Part shown: positions 14,870-23,230 of the stretch, piece by piece
Layout of the letters: every line of letters begins with the position of its first letter
Position numbering within the stretch: position 1 is the stretch's first letter
Source of the DNA: Labilithrix sp.
Lineage (GTDB): Bacteria; Myxococcota_A; Polyangia; Polyangiales; Polyangiaceae
Assembly (NCBI GenBank): GCA_019637215.1
Contig: JAHBWB010000093.1
Coordinates: 1 to 28,204 of the forward strand
DNA: 28,204 bases
Direction of reading: 5' to 3'
Made by a program: the position numbers and the translations under genes
Notes under the pieces: model-generated
Seen by the model: only the letters and a program-made list of their open reading frames with translations
What the model was told of the DNA's origin: nothing
Databases searched by the model: none

Positions 14870-16053
14870 CGCCCGTTTACCTCTCGAAAGCGCAGGATCG
14901 TTCCGTCGCCGACGATCCAGACGTCGCCGGGCGAGCTCCCCCAGACGGCGTGGAGCGCCGGCTTGTTGCTCGCGTCGTCGAACGGCGTCGCGAGCTTCGA
15001 CCACACCGTCCCGTTCCAGTGCAACACGGTGCTCGCTTCGCCGACGGCCCACACGTCGTCCGGGCCGAAGCCGAAGACCGCCTCGAGATCGGCGACGACC
15101 GGGCTCGTCACGATCTCGAGCTTCTTGCTCGGCACGGCGCTCCGGCGCATGCGACGGACGGTGCCCGCTTCGCCGACGAACCACACGCCGCTCTCGTCGC
15201 CCCATGCGCCGCGAAGCGCCTTGTCCGTGCGGCTGTCGTGCTCGTCGAACTGCCACGCCGGCGGGTCAGCCGTCGAGAGGCTCCCGCGAAACACACATCC
15301 GAAGCGGCTCACGAAGGTCTCGTCGAAGCAGCCGCCTGCGGCCCAGACCTCGTCGGCGCGCGACACCGCGAGCGCCGTGACCCCGCTCATGCGGGGCGGG
15401 GAGAAGGTCTCCGACGCGCCCGGACCGCCAGCGGACCAACCGTCGAACGTCTCGAGCAACCGGTGGTCGGCGTGTGCGATCCAGACCGTGCCGCCCTTGC
15501 CGCGTACGATGCGCGGCTTGAACCCCAACGGATCGCTCGGGGTGAAGAACGACCACGTCGTCACGCTCGGCCCGTTCCACCCGGCCCCGTGCCGGAGGAT
15601 TCCGCCGCCCTCGAGCTGGGTCGTCCCGTCGACGATCCACACGTCGTCGGGGCGCTCGAGCCAGACGCTCCGGAGCGTGTAGACGAGCCCGCCGTCCGGG
15701 CTCGTCTGATCGGCCTTCTGCCAACCGCCGTCGTCGTAGTGAAGGATCGTGCCGTGCGCCCCCACTGCCCACACGTTCGTCGCGCTCGATCCCCAGATCG
15801 ACGTGAGATGAATGAACTCGTCGATCGGCGCCTTCACGGCGCAGATCCCGGACGCACTGCACGCGCCCGCGTCGACGTCCGGAAGCGTCTCCGATCCGCC
15901 GGCGTCGACCGGCGCCGCGTCAGGCACGCTCGTGGACGGCTCCGGCTCGGGGCGCTCGGTCTCCGGCGCGCCCTTCGCGGCGCAGGCGAAGGGAGAGCCG
16001 CACGCAGCCGAGGCGAGCAACGCCGCGCGGATCCATCGCGCCGTCGGCGTCAC
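14866..16053 (-). CDS. Ycf48/BNR-like beta-propeller repeat lipoprotein (paralogue of the downstream gene)
   Basis: This is a sub-region of the ORF 14866..16122. The in-frame GTG at about 16051-16053 overlaps the upstream TGA (GTGA) and gives the signal (M)TPTARWIRAALLASAACGS. The ATG at 16083 is an alternative. Repeats NVWAVGAHGTILHYDDGGW, DVWIVDGTTQL, TVWIAHADHRLL, DVWAVGEASTVLHWNGTVW and DVWIVGDGTILRF. Confidence 0.7.
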   Translation of the reverse strand: MTPTARWIRAALLASAACGSPFACAAKGAPETERPEPEPSTSVPDAAPVDAGGSETLPDVDAGACSASGICAVKAPIDEFIHLTSIWGSSATNVWAVGAHGTILHYDDGGWQKADQTSPDGGLVYTLRSVWLERPDDVWIVDGTTQLEGGGILRHGAGWNGPSVTTWSFFTPSDPLGFKPRIVRGKGGTVWIAHADHRLLETFDGWSAGGPGASETFSPPRMSGVTALAVSRADEVWAAGGCFDETFVSRFGCVFRGSLSTADPPAWQFDEHDSRTDKALRGAWGDESGVWFVGEAGTVRRMRRSAVPSKKLEIVTSPVVADLEAVFGFGPDDVWAVGEASTVLHWNGTVWSKLATPFDDASNKPALHAVWGSSPGDVWIVGDGTILRFREVNGR

Positions 16054-17156
16054 TGGACCCCTCCGCACTCTTTCATCGCGCATTTTCCGTCGACGCACGC
16101 CTGCCCGTCGACGCCGCTGCAACGAACGTTGCAGCCCCCGCAGTTGAGCGGATCGTTCGTTACGTTCGTCTCGCAGCCGTTCTGATCGTCACCATCACAG
16201 TCCGCCCACTGCGCCTCGCAGCGGAAGTCGCAGACGCCCTCGTCACAGATGGGCACGCCATGGACCATCCGCGGATCGCTGACGCCGGGGCAACGGAACC
16301 CGCATCCCCCGCAGTTCTCGACGTCCGTGTTGATCCGAGCCTGAAAGCACGGAGCGCCGCACGGACACTCGCAGATCCCACGCCGACAGATCTCGCCCGC
16401 GGCACAAACGCGTCCGCATTGGCTGCAGTTGTTCCGATCGTTGTCGAGGTTCGTCTCGCAGCCGTCGCCGGCAGGGTCCGTCGGGAAGTCGTCGTTGCAG
16501 TCGCCCCAGGTGGCCATGCAGGTGGGCGCGTTGCACTGACCGCCGACGCACCCGTACCCCGCGTGCCAGTCACGCGGGAAGGGCGGCTGGGTGTTGCGCG
16601 GACAGACGTTGCCGCACGTCCCGCAGCTCCCTTCGATCGAGCACACGCACTCCCCCATGAAACAGACGTCCGAGCCCGGACAGACGACGCCGCAGGCGCC
16701 GCAGTTTTTCTTGTCCTGGGAGAGGTTGCCCTCGCAGCCGTCCTCGACGAAGCCGTTGCAGTCAGCGAAGCCGCTCTTGCACACGAGCTGGCACGCGCCC
16801 TTCACGCAGTGCGCGTCGGCGTGCAGCATGTCGCCGTGAGCGGTGAGCCCGAGGTCCGGGCAGTGGTGTCCGCAGGCCCCGCAGTTGTCGTCGTCCGTGC
16901 TCGGATCGACCGCGCACGGGAACGGGTTGTTCGGGCAGGTGGCCCGACCCGCCGGACACTCGTTGGTCGGGCAGAGCGCCGTGGTCGCGCCGCTCCCGTC
17001 CGGCATCGACACGTCGGCGTCGGGATCGACGAAGCTCGGTGGCGACGCGTCGCGCGTCGCGATGACGACGTCGTGGGACGACGAGAGTCCGCACGCGACG
17101 GCGAGCAGGCTACCCATCGCGACGAGAACCGCGCTCGCGGCAAGTCGATTCGTCAT
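16050..17156 (-). CDS. Cysteine-rich repeat lipoprotein (myxobacterial disulfide-repeat type; six or more NCGxCGxxC modules)
   Basis: This is a sub-region of the ORF 16050..17363. Start at the ATG 17154-17156 (MTNRLAASAVLVAMGSLLAVACG lipobox) with GGAGG 5 nt upstream and an ATGA overlap with the anti-sigma stop. Modules DDDNCGACGHHC, KKNCGACGVVC, GSCGTCGNVC, RNNCSQCGRVC, VENCGGCGFRC and PLNCGGCNVRC, each preceded by a DGCE(T/G)N motif. Confidence 0.75.
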   Translation of the reverse strand: MTNRLAASAVLVAMGSLLAVACGLSSSHDVVIATRDASPPSFVDPDADVSMPDGSGATTALCPTNECPAGRATCPNNPFPCAVDPSTDDDNCGACGHHCPDLGLTAHGDMLHADAHCVKGACQLVCKSGFADCNGFVEDGCEGNLSQDKKNCGACGVVCPGSDVCFMGECVCSIEGSCGTCGNVCPRNTQPPFPRDWHAGYGCVGGQCNAPTCMATWGDCNDDFPTDPAGDGCETNLDNDRNNCSQCGRVCAAGEICRRGICECPCGAPCFQARINTDVENCGGCGFRCPGVSDPRMVHGVPICDEGVCDFRCEAQWADCDGDDQNGCETNVTNDPLNCGGCNVRCSGVDGQACVDGKCAMKECGGVQ

Positions 17157-17875
17157 CGGTCCTCCGTCGCAGCGGCGGCGAGCGAACGGACCCGCCCCTC
17201 GTAGGCGCTGCCCGGATTCCTCGCCAAATACTCGAGCGCGAGCGCGCGTGCTCCGGCTCGGTCGCCCTTCGCGAGCGTGGCCTCGATCCGCATCACGTTC
17301 GCCTCGAGCGCGAACTGTCCGTCGGGGAACTCGCGGTCGTGGAGATCGACGGCCGCCAGGCACGCGCGTGCGTCACCTCGCGTGAGCGCCTCGCGCGCCT
17401 GAGCGACGAGCTCGATTTCGCGTCGCGACGACGGCACCGCCGACGGCGAAGCCGGCGCCGCCGCCGGGCTCCGCGGGCGCGGCGCGGCCACCTTCGAGTC
17501 GGGGAGCTCGTCGATCGAGACCGACGGAACGGCGTTCGCGGGCTCCGAGGCCGCGCTCGGGATCGACGGAGCGGGCGCCGCGTGCTCGGCTGCGGGCGCC
17601 GAGGTCTCGGGCGGCACGACCGGCAACGGCTCGTTCCTCGACAGGAGCTCGGCGGTGAACGCGCCGAGCAACACGACACCTCCGGCGCCGGCGATCGCCG
17701 TGAGCGCCCACTTCCGCCGGCTCGCGGAGGCGGATCCCGTCGCGACGGCCGGAGGCGACTCGAGTCTCCGGAGCAGACCTCGGAGCGCCTCGGGCGGCGG
17801 CTCCCGCCTCTCGGCGTCCGCGACCAGGCTCGCGAAGAGCGAGCTCTCTTCTACCAGGCGGCGGGGGACCTTCAT
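17153..17875 (-). CDS. Membrane-anchored anti-sigma factor-like protein (short cytoplasmic N-terminus, one transmembrane helix, Pro/Ala-rich linker, TPR-like C-terminal domain)
   Basis: ORF track. The transmembrane helix is WALTAIAGAGGVVLLGAFTA. It sits immediately downstream of the ECF sigma gene and overlaps it (ATGA at 17872-17875). Function is inferred from position and topology only. Confidence 0.65.
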   Translation of the reverse strand: MKVPRRLVEESSLFASLVADAERREPPPEALRGLLRRLESPPAVATGSASASRRKWALTAIAGAGGVVLLGAFTAELLSRNEPLPVVPPETSAPAAEHAAPAPSIPSAASEPANAVPSVSIDELPDSKVAAPRPRSPAAAPASPSAVPSSRREIELVAQAREALTRGDARACLAAVDLHDREFPDGQFALEANVMRIEATLAKGDRAGARALALEYLARNPGSAYEGRVRSLAAAATEDR

Positions 17876-18405
17876 CGTTCGCCTCCCATCGTCCTCTGCA
17901 GCTTCTGCAATCGAACCTCCACCTTCTCCCTCGCGCGGCGGAGGCGCGAAGCAGCGGTGCCGATCGGGATGTCGAGCATCGCGGCGATCTCGGGGAGGAC
18001 GTGCCCCTCGATCTCGTAGAGCACGAGCACCGTGCGCAGCTCGTCGCTCAGACCGTCGAGGAGATGCATCAGGAGATCTCGTTCCTCCTTTCGATCGAGC
18101 GACGCCTCGGGCGTCCAGTCGTCGGCCGGCTCGAGCGCTTCGTCGTCTGGATCCTGCGCGAGCTCCTCGCGCGCGTGCTTCCTCCGGAGCTCGCGCGAGA
18201 CGTTGACCGCCGTGCTGAAGAGGAACGCCCTCTCGGCGCCGGGCCGGATCTGCGCGAGCTTCTTGGCGACGACGAGGAAGACCTCCTGCGCCGCGTCGTC
18301 GAGCGCACCGGCGGGGACGCCGAGCGCGCGGAGGAAGCGCCAGACGCTGGCGAAATGAGCCTCCGCGACGACCTGCTGCCTCTCGTCCGTTCGGCTCCTC
18401 GACAT
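17872..18405 (-). CDS. ECF-family RNA polymerase sigma-70 factor
   Basis: This is a sub-region of the ORF 17872..18615. Start at the ATG 18403-18405 (MSRSRTDERQQVV...), about 177 aa. Region 2 FASVWRFLRALGVP...DAAQEVFLVVAKK. Region 4 LRTVLVLYEIEGHVLPEIAAMLDIPIGTAASRLRRAREK. No obvious Shine-Dalgarno sequence. Confidence 0.85.
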   Translation of the reverse strand: MSRSRTDERQQVVAEAHFASVWRFLRALGVPAGALDDAAQEVFLVVAKKLAQIRPGAERAFLFSTAVNVSRELRRKHAREELAQDPDDEALEPADDWTPEASLDRKEERDLLMHLLDGLSDELRTVLVLYEIEGHVLPEIAAMLDIPIGTAASRLRRAREKVEVRLQKLQRTMGGER

Positions 18406-18499
18406 GCTCGGCAGGGTGTGTTCACCCCCGGCAAGCGAGTGGGAGGTGGCCGTCATGGACGTAAACGCAGGTCGTGCCGCGGAACGATCAAAAAAACGA

Positions 18500-19534
18500 C
18501 TAGAAGCGCCACCCCGTGCCGATCCCCGCGGAGAATCCGATCGCGGGAGCCTCGGTGACCACCCCGTCGGGCTCGACGCGCAGGCGGTCGCGCGTGAACG
18601 GAAGCCAGCCCGCACCGACCGCCTCGACGAAGACGTTTGGATGGATCTGCCAGCGGGCGGCGACGACGGCGCCGTAGTCGAACCAGAAGCGATGTGTGAC
18701 GCCGGCGCCGGGAATGGTGCGCGCCTCCGCCGACAGGACGCCGGCGTTCGAGCCGAGGCACGCCTCCATCGACAGGTGCGCCGTCACCAGGAATCGGGTC
18801 GGGCATGCCTCGATCTGCCCGGCGCTCCAGTCGATGTCCGCCTCGGTCTCGCCCACCCGGCTCGTGCGCGTGAAGCTCTTGCGAAAGCCGACGCGGAGGA
18901 CGGGGCGAAGCGACGGGAGCCGCGCGATCGGCGCGGACCACTCCGCTTCGACGTAGACGTTCACGACCGCGAGGAGGCCGGAGACGGCGCTGTTGGCCTC
19001 GGTCCGCGCACCGATCGACGGCGCGAGCCGATCGACACGCGCCGGCTTCGCCACGGGCCTCTTCGGCCGCTCTGCCGGTGTCGTCGGGGGCGCCGGCGCC
19101 GGGACGTCCGGCTCCGGCGGGTCCGCCGTCGTGCGAGCGTCGGGGACGTTCGCGGTCGGCGTCTCGCGACCGAACGCGGCGTGAGGATCGATCGCGATCG
19201 CAATCGCGATCGCGAGCCCGAGCACGACGTCGGCGCAGTCGTCTGCCTTGAGCTCTCGGCGGGCGGAATCGCCTCCCGCTCCAAGAAGATCGAGCCGTCC
19301 CTCGTAGCGGTCTCCCCGCCGGGCGATCCGGACGACGAACCGGCGCGCCGCCTCCTCCGGCTGCGCGAGCGTCCACTTCGTCGTGTACGAGGCGATCTGC
19401 CGGAGCAGCTCGTCGTCGGAGGGGCACTCGGCCGCAGCCGAATAGTCGAAGACGATGCGGTCGACGTCGTCCTCGAGGGCAAAAGCCTCCGGAGACAGGA
19501 GGCATAGAGCTACGGACAGGAGCGCCGCTCGCAC
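18500..19534 (-). CDS. Hypothetical secreted outer-membrane-like protein (signal peptide, N-terminal domain, Pro-rich linker, C-terminal beta-rich region ending in ...GWRF)
   Basis: This is the 3' part of the 964-aa ORF 18500..21394; the 5' part is antisense to the acylase gene and has low GC at codon position 3. Start at the GTG about 19532-19534, giving (M)RAALLSVALCLLSPEAFA-LEDD. The C-terminal Phe is typical of beta-barrel outer membrane proteins. Contains an (AI)4 stretch encoded by TCGCGA-type hexamer repeats at about 19186-19220. Ends with TAG, followed by the only A7 run in the window. Confidence 0.55.
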   Translation of the reverse strand: MRAALLSVALCLLSPEAFALEDDVDRIVFDYSAAAECPSDDELLRQIASYTTKWTLAQPEEAARRFVVRIARRGDRYEGRLDLLGAGGDSARRELKADDCADVVLGLAIAIAIAIDPHAAFGRETPTANVPDARTTADPPEPDVPAPAPPTTPAERPKRPVAKPARVDRLAPSIGARTEANSAVSGLLAVVNVYVEAEWSAPIARLPSLRPVLRVGFRKSFTRTSRVGETEADIDWSAGQIEACPTRFLVTAHLSMEACLGSNAGVLSAEARTIPGAGVTHRFWFDYGAVVAARWQIHPNVFVEAVGAGWLPFTRDRLRVEPDGVVTEAPAIGFSAGIGTGWRF

Positions 19535-19714
19535 GGAGAGTCGTCCCGCCTGCGAATGGGCCGACGATCTCACGGCCGCCGAAGGTATCACGTCGCAGGA
19601 GCGCTCGAGCACGCGCGGGGGGCGCCCGTGGCCCGGATTCCCTCCGCGACGCCAAGCTTGCCGCCCCTCGAAAGCAGGCGTAACCGAAGGCATTCTTTCC
19701 ATGAAAGGGCTTCG

Positions 19715-22228
19715 ATGAGCATCCTCCTTCGCCGCCTCGGTCTCACCTCCTTGGCCATCCTCACGCTTCCCGTCATGTTCGCTGCGTGCGGCGACGACGA
19801 CTCCAACGCCGCCGGCCCCGGACCGGACCTGGACGGCGGCCTCGACGCGGGGCCGCTCGAGCCGTTCAAGGCGTCGGTCCGGCGCACGTCGATGGGCATC
19901 CCGCACGTGAAGGCCGACGACCTCGGCGGCCTCGGCTACGGCTACGGCTACGTCTTCGCGGAAGACAACCTCTGCATCCTCGAGGAGGAGATCCTCACCG
20001 TCCGCGGGGAGCGCGCGAAGTACTTCGGCGACGTTCCGTACGACCTCGGCAACACGGGCTCGCGGAGCAACGTGAACAGCGACGCCGTCTATCGGATGCT
20101 CGCCACGAAGGAGGTCATCGAGAAGTCGCGCGCCAACCTCGACACGGAGATGCAGGCGATGATCCGTGGCTATGCCGCGGGCGTCTCGCGCTACGTGCGC
20201 GAGCTCAAGGCGGGCCAGCACGAGGGCCGCCACGCCACCTGCCGGAACGAGGCGTGGGTGCGCGAGATCAACGACGAGGACATGTACCTCCGCTTCTACA
20301 AGCTCTCTCTGCTCGGGAGCTCGGCGAACTTCATCGACGGCATCGCCGCGGCGAAGCCCGTCCAGGCCCACGTGGCCCCGCCGCCCGTGGACCTCGAGAA
20401 GGCCAAGCGCGAAATCGGAAAGGGCCTCGCCGAGATCGCGCCGAAGTTCATGGCGTATCGAAACGGCGAGGTCGGCAGCAACATGTACGCCTTCGGCAGC
20501 GAGGTCACCGGCGGCGGCGGGATCCAGTTCGGCAACCCGCACTTTCCGTGGTTCGGCGGCGAGCGCCTCTACCAGGTCCACCTCACCGTCCCGGGCAAGA
20601 TCGACGTCCAGGGAGCCTCGCTCTACGGCGTCCCCGTCGTCCTCATCGGCTTCACCGAGAACTTCGCGTGGAGCCACACGGTCTCGACCGCGTATCGCTT
20701 CACGCCCTACGGGCTCAAGCTCAAGGCAGGCGATCCGCTGACGTACATCCAGGACGACGTGGAGAAGCCGATCACGCCGGTCGATCTGTCGATCGAGGTC
20801 AGCGGCGAAGCCACGCCCCGCGCGGTGCGCCTCTACAAGTCCGAATACGGGCCGATGATCTACCTCGGCAACGCGTTCTTCGACTGGACGCTGGATCAAG
20901 CGTTCACGATCCGCGACGCGAACGCCGAGAACTTCCGCCTCATCAAGCACTACGCCCGCTGGAACATGGCGAAGAGCTTGGACGAGTTCGCCCGCATCCA
21001 CGCGGAGGAGGTCGCGGTGCCGTGGGTCAACACCACGGCGGCAGACAAGGCGGGCAACGCCTACTACGCGGACATCACCGTCGTCCCGAACGTGACCGAC
21101 GAGCACGCGAAGCGCTGCGAGGTGTCCGAGCTCTCGATGCTCCTCGAGCGAAACGCGCCGGGGCTCCCGCTCCTCGACGGCTCGAAGAAGGCGTGTGACT
21201 GGAAGGTCGACCCGGCCTCTCCGCAGCCCGGCATCTTCCCCGCCTCGGAGCTCCCGAAGGTCGAGCGCAAGGACTGGGTCGTCAACTGCAACGACAGCTA
21301 CTGGCTCACGAACACGAAGGCGCCCTTGAAGGGCTTCGCGAAGATCGTCGGCCGGGAGGAGTACCAGCAGTCGCTTCGATCCCGCCTCTGTCACCAGCAG
21401 GTCCTCGATCGCGTCGCAGGCACCGACGGCCTTCCGGGCACCAACGTGACCGCCGACCTCGTGAAGCAGATCGTCCTCGGCTCGCGCGTCTTCTCGGCAG
21501 AGAAGTTCAAGACGGAGGTCCTCACCTCCGTCTGCGCTCAGCCGACGATCAGCCTCACGAGCGATCCCCTGACGGGCCAGGACGTCACCCCCGCGGAGAC
21601 CATCTCGACCGGACCCGGCTGCGCCGCGCTCCGGGCGTGGGACAACCGGAACAACCCCGACAGCAAGGGCAGCCTCGTCTGGGACGAGCTCTGGTTCCGG
21701 CTCGAGGCGCTCTACACCCTCGCCAAGCTCACCTACACGGTGCCGTTCGATCCGGCCGATCCGGTCAACACCCCGAGGACGATGGATCTCGCGGCCCCCG
21801 AGGTGCAGCAGGCCTTCGCCGCCGCGATCCGCGCGGTGACGAAGGCGGGCTTCGCGCTCGACGCGCCGCGCTCGGCGTTCTCGTGGCGCGCGGGCAAGGG
21901 CGGGCTCGGCGATCGCATCCCGGTCCCCGGCGGCTTCCAGCGCACGGGCAACTTCGCGATCGCGCAGGTCGACGGGCTTCCGACGCTGCAGTCTGGCACG
22001 GGCTACGGCCCGATGCTCTACGGCAACAGCTACATGCAGGTCGTCGCGTTCACGCCGAGCGGCCTCGACGCGAGCACGTTCGTGACCTACAGCCTGTCGA
22101 CCGATCCCGCGTCGCCGCAGTACGACGACTACTCGCGGGCCTATGCGCAGAAGCAGTGGCTCAAGGCCGCCTTCAACGAGGCGGAGATCGCGGCGGATAC
22201 GAAGGTGACGCTCGACCTCCAGCAGTAG
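19715..22228 (+). CDS. Penicillin-amidase-family Ntn-hydrolase lipoprotein (acyl-homoserine-lactone / beta-lactam acylase-like)
   Basis: This is a sub-region of the ORF 19556..22228. Start at the ATG 19715 (MSILLRRLGLTSLAILTLPVMFAACG lipobox) with AAGGG upstream. The GSNMYAFGS motif is the N-terminal-nucleophile Ser that begins the beta-subunit. Size is about 837 aa, with the usual alpha-spacer-beta layout. Confidence 0.85.
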   Translation: MSILLRRLGLTSLAILTLPVMFAACGDDDSNAAGPGPDLDGGLDAGPLEPFKASVRRTSMGIPHVKADDLGGLGYGYGYVFAEDNLCILEEEILTVRGERAKYFGDVPYDLGNTGSRSNVNSDAVYRMLATKEVIEKSRANLDTEMQAMIRGYAAGVSRYVRELKAGQHEGRHATCRNEAWVREINDEDMYLRFYKLSLLGSSANFIDGIAAAKPVQAHVAPPPVDLEKAKREIGKGLAEIAPKFMAYRNGEVGSNMYAFGSEVTGGGGIQFGNPHFPWFGGERLYQVHLTVPGKIDVQGASLYGVPVVLIGFTENFAWSHTVSTAYRFTPYGLKLKAGDPLTYIQDDVEKPITPVDLSIEVSGEATPRAVRLYKSEYGPMIYLGNAFFDWTLDQAFTIRDANAENFRLIKHYARWNMAKSLDEFARIHAEEVAVPWVNTTAADKAGNAYYADITVVPNVTDEHAKRCEVSELSMLLERNAPGLPLLDGSKKACDWKVDPASPQPGIFPASELPKVERKDWVVNCNDSYWLTNTKAPLKGFAKIVGREEYQQSLRSRLCHQQVLDRVAGTDGLPGTNVTADLVKQIVLGSRVFSAEKFKTEVLTSVCAQPTISLTSDPLTGQDVTPAETISTGPGCAALRAWDNRNNPDSKGSLVWDELWFRLEALYTLAKLTYTVPFDPADPVNTPRTMDLAAPEVQQAFAAAIRAVTKAGFALDAPRSAFSWRAGKGGLGDRIPVPGGFQRTGNFAIAQVDGLPTLQSGTGYGPMLYGNSYMQVVAFTPSGLDASTFVTYSLSTDPASPQYDDYSRAYAQKQWLKAAFNEAEIAADTKVTLDLQQ

Positions 22229-22347
22229 GCGCGGCTCGATCGTGCGACGACGAGGCCTCCGCCCTTCGGGGTGGGGGCTTCGTCGTTTCGTTCGTCGCGC
22301 ACGGCTGAACGCGGCGACGCGGCGGCGGTTCGTGCGATACTGCAGAC

Positions 22348-23172
22348 ATGAAGGACTCGTGGGGCGGCGCGGTCATTCTGGCGTTGTTACTGGGTTGCAC
22401 GGGCGGAAGCTCGTCGGACGGTTCGAGCTCTTCGGGCGCCGACGTGCCCCGTGGGTCGGCGCGCGAGCCGCAGGCGTGCTCACCGCTCGAGGGCGTGACG
22501 CAGCCCATCACGATCGACAAGGTCGTCGGCGCGGGACGGCACGCCGACGGGACGATCTACGTCCTCGATGAAGGGCGGCCCGACTATCGCGCGTTCGTCT
22601 CCGAGGGCTCCGTCCTCCAGCGGAAGAAGGTCGCAGGCAGCGGATCGGCGCCCGACTGGGTGAGCGTGTCGGTCACCGATGCGAACGGGCCGTTCGCGCT
22701 GAAGGTCGAGGGCGCGAGCGGCGTCCCGACGCGCATGGCGGTGTTCCGCGGCGAGCCGAAGGGCAAGACCTTCGAGATCGGCGCCGAGGGCGACGTCCTC
22801 GAGCTCGTGGACGCGAGCACGTATGCGAGCCTCGCGGTCCGCAACATCCCCGGCACGGTGAACGTCGAGTACGACACCTCCACCTCGGACGGACGGCGCA
22901 TCGTGGTGACTCGTCCCGAGGTCGACTGGTCGTACGAGGATTTCCGCGTCTTCTTCGGGACGCCGGAGCGCATGGTGGAGCGGCCGGTCCGGAGCGTCTC
23001 GCGCGGCTCGTCGACGCAGATCACGTTCGACGTCGACGGAGTCGGGCACGACGCCGTGTTCGGCTCGTCTTTGAGCCCGAACCTCACGTCGACGCTGACC
23101 GTGAACGGGCAGCGAGCAGACCTCGTCGACGAGACCGCGCGTGGCGTGGGCCTCACGTACTTCTGTTTTTGA
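22348..23172 (+). CDS. Hypothetical lipoprotein
   Basis: ORF track. Signal with lipobox MKDSWGGAVILALLLGC, followed by a Ser/Gly-rich linker. GC at codon position 3 is high. Confidence 0.65.
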   Translation: MKDSWGGAVILALLLGCTGGSSSDGSSSSGADVPRGSAREPQACSPLEGVTQPITIDKVVGAGRHADGTIYVLDEGRPDYRAFVSEGSVLQRKKVAGSGSAPDWVSVSVTDANGPFALKVEGASGVPTRMAVFRGEPKGKTFEIGAEGDVLELVDASTYASLAVRNIPGTVNVEYDTSTSDGRRIVVTRPEVDWSYEDFRVFFGTPERMVERPVRSVSRGSSTQITFDVDGVGHDAVFGSSLSPNLTSTLTVNGQRADLVDETARGVGLTYFCF

Positions 23173-23230
23173 CGGCTGCCGCCTCCGACAAGACGCGCCT
23201 GCAGCTTCGGCCCTCGTTCTCGGGGAGCGA

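Noticed and set aside
10675-17204. Plus-strand ORFs 10675..12639, 12324..13991, 13514..15682, 14950..16185 and 16260..17204
   Set aside because: These ORFs are antisense to the translationally coupled lipoprotein operon. They have repetitive R/A/G composition and no signal peptides or motifs.
19786-21198. 470-aa plus-strand ORF in an alternate frame of the acylase gene, also 20166..20741 and 21637..22308
   Set aside because: Arg-rich out-of-frame translations of a gene whose correct frame has a clear Ntn-hydrolase signature.
18500-21394. 964-aa minus-strand ORF
   Set aside because: Only the 3' 345 codons (the outer-membrane-like protein) have high GC at codon position 3 and a signal peptide. 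The 5' two-thirds is antisense to the well-supported acylase gene.
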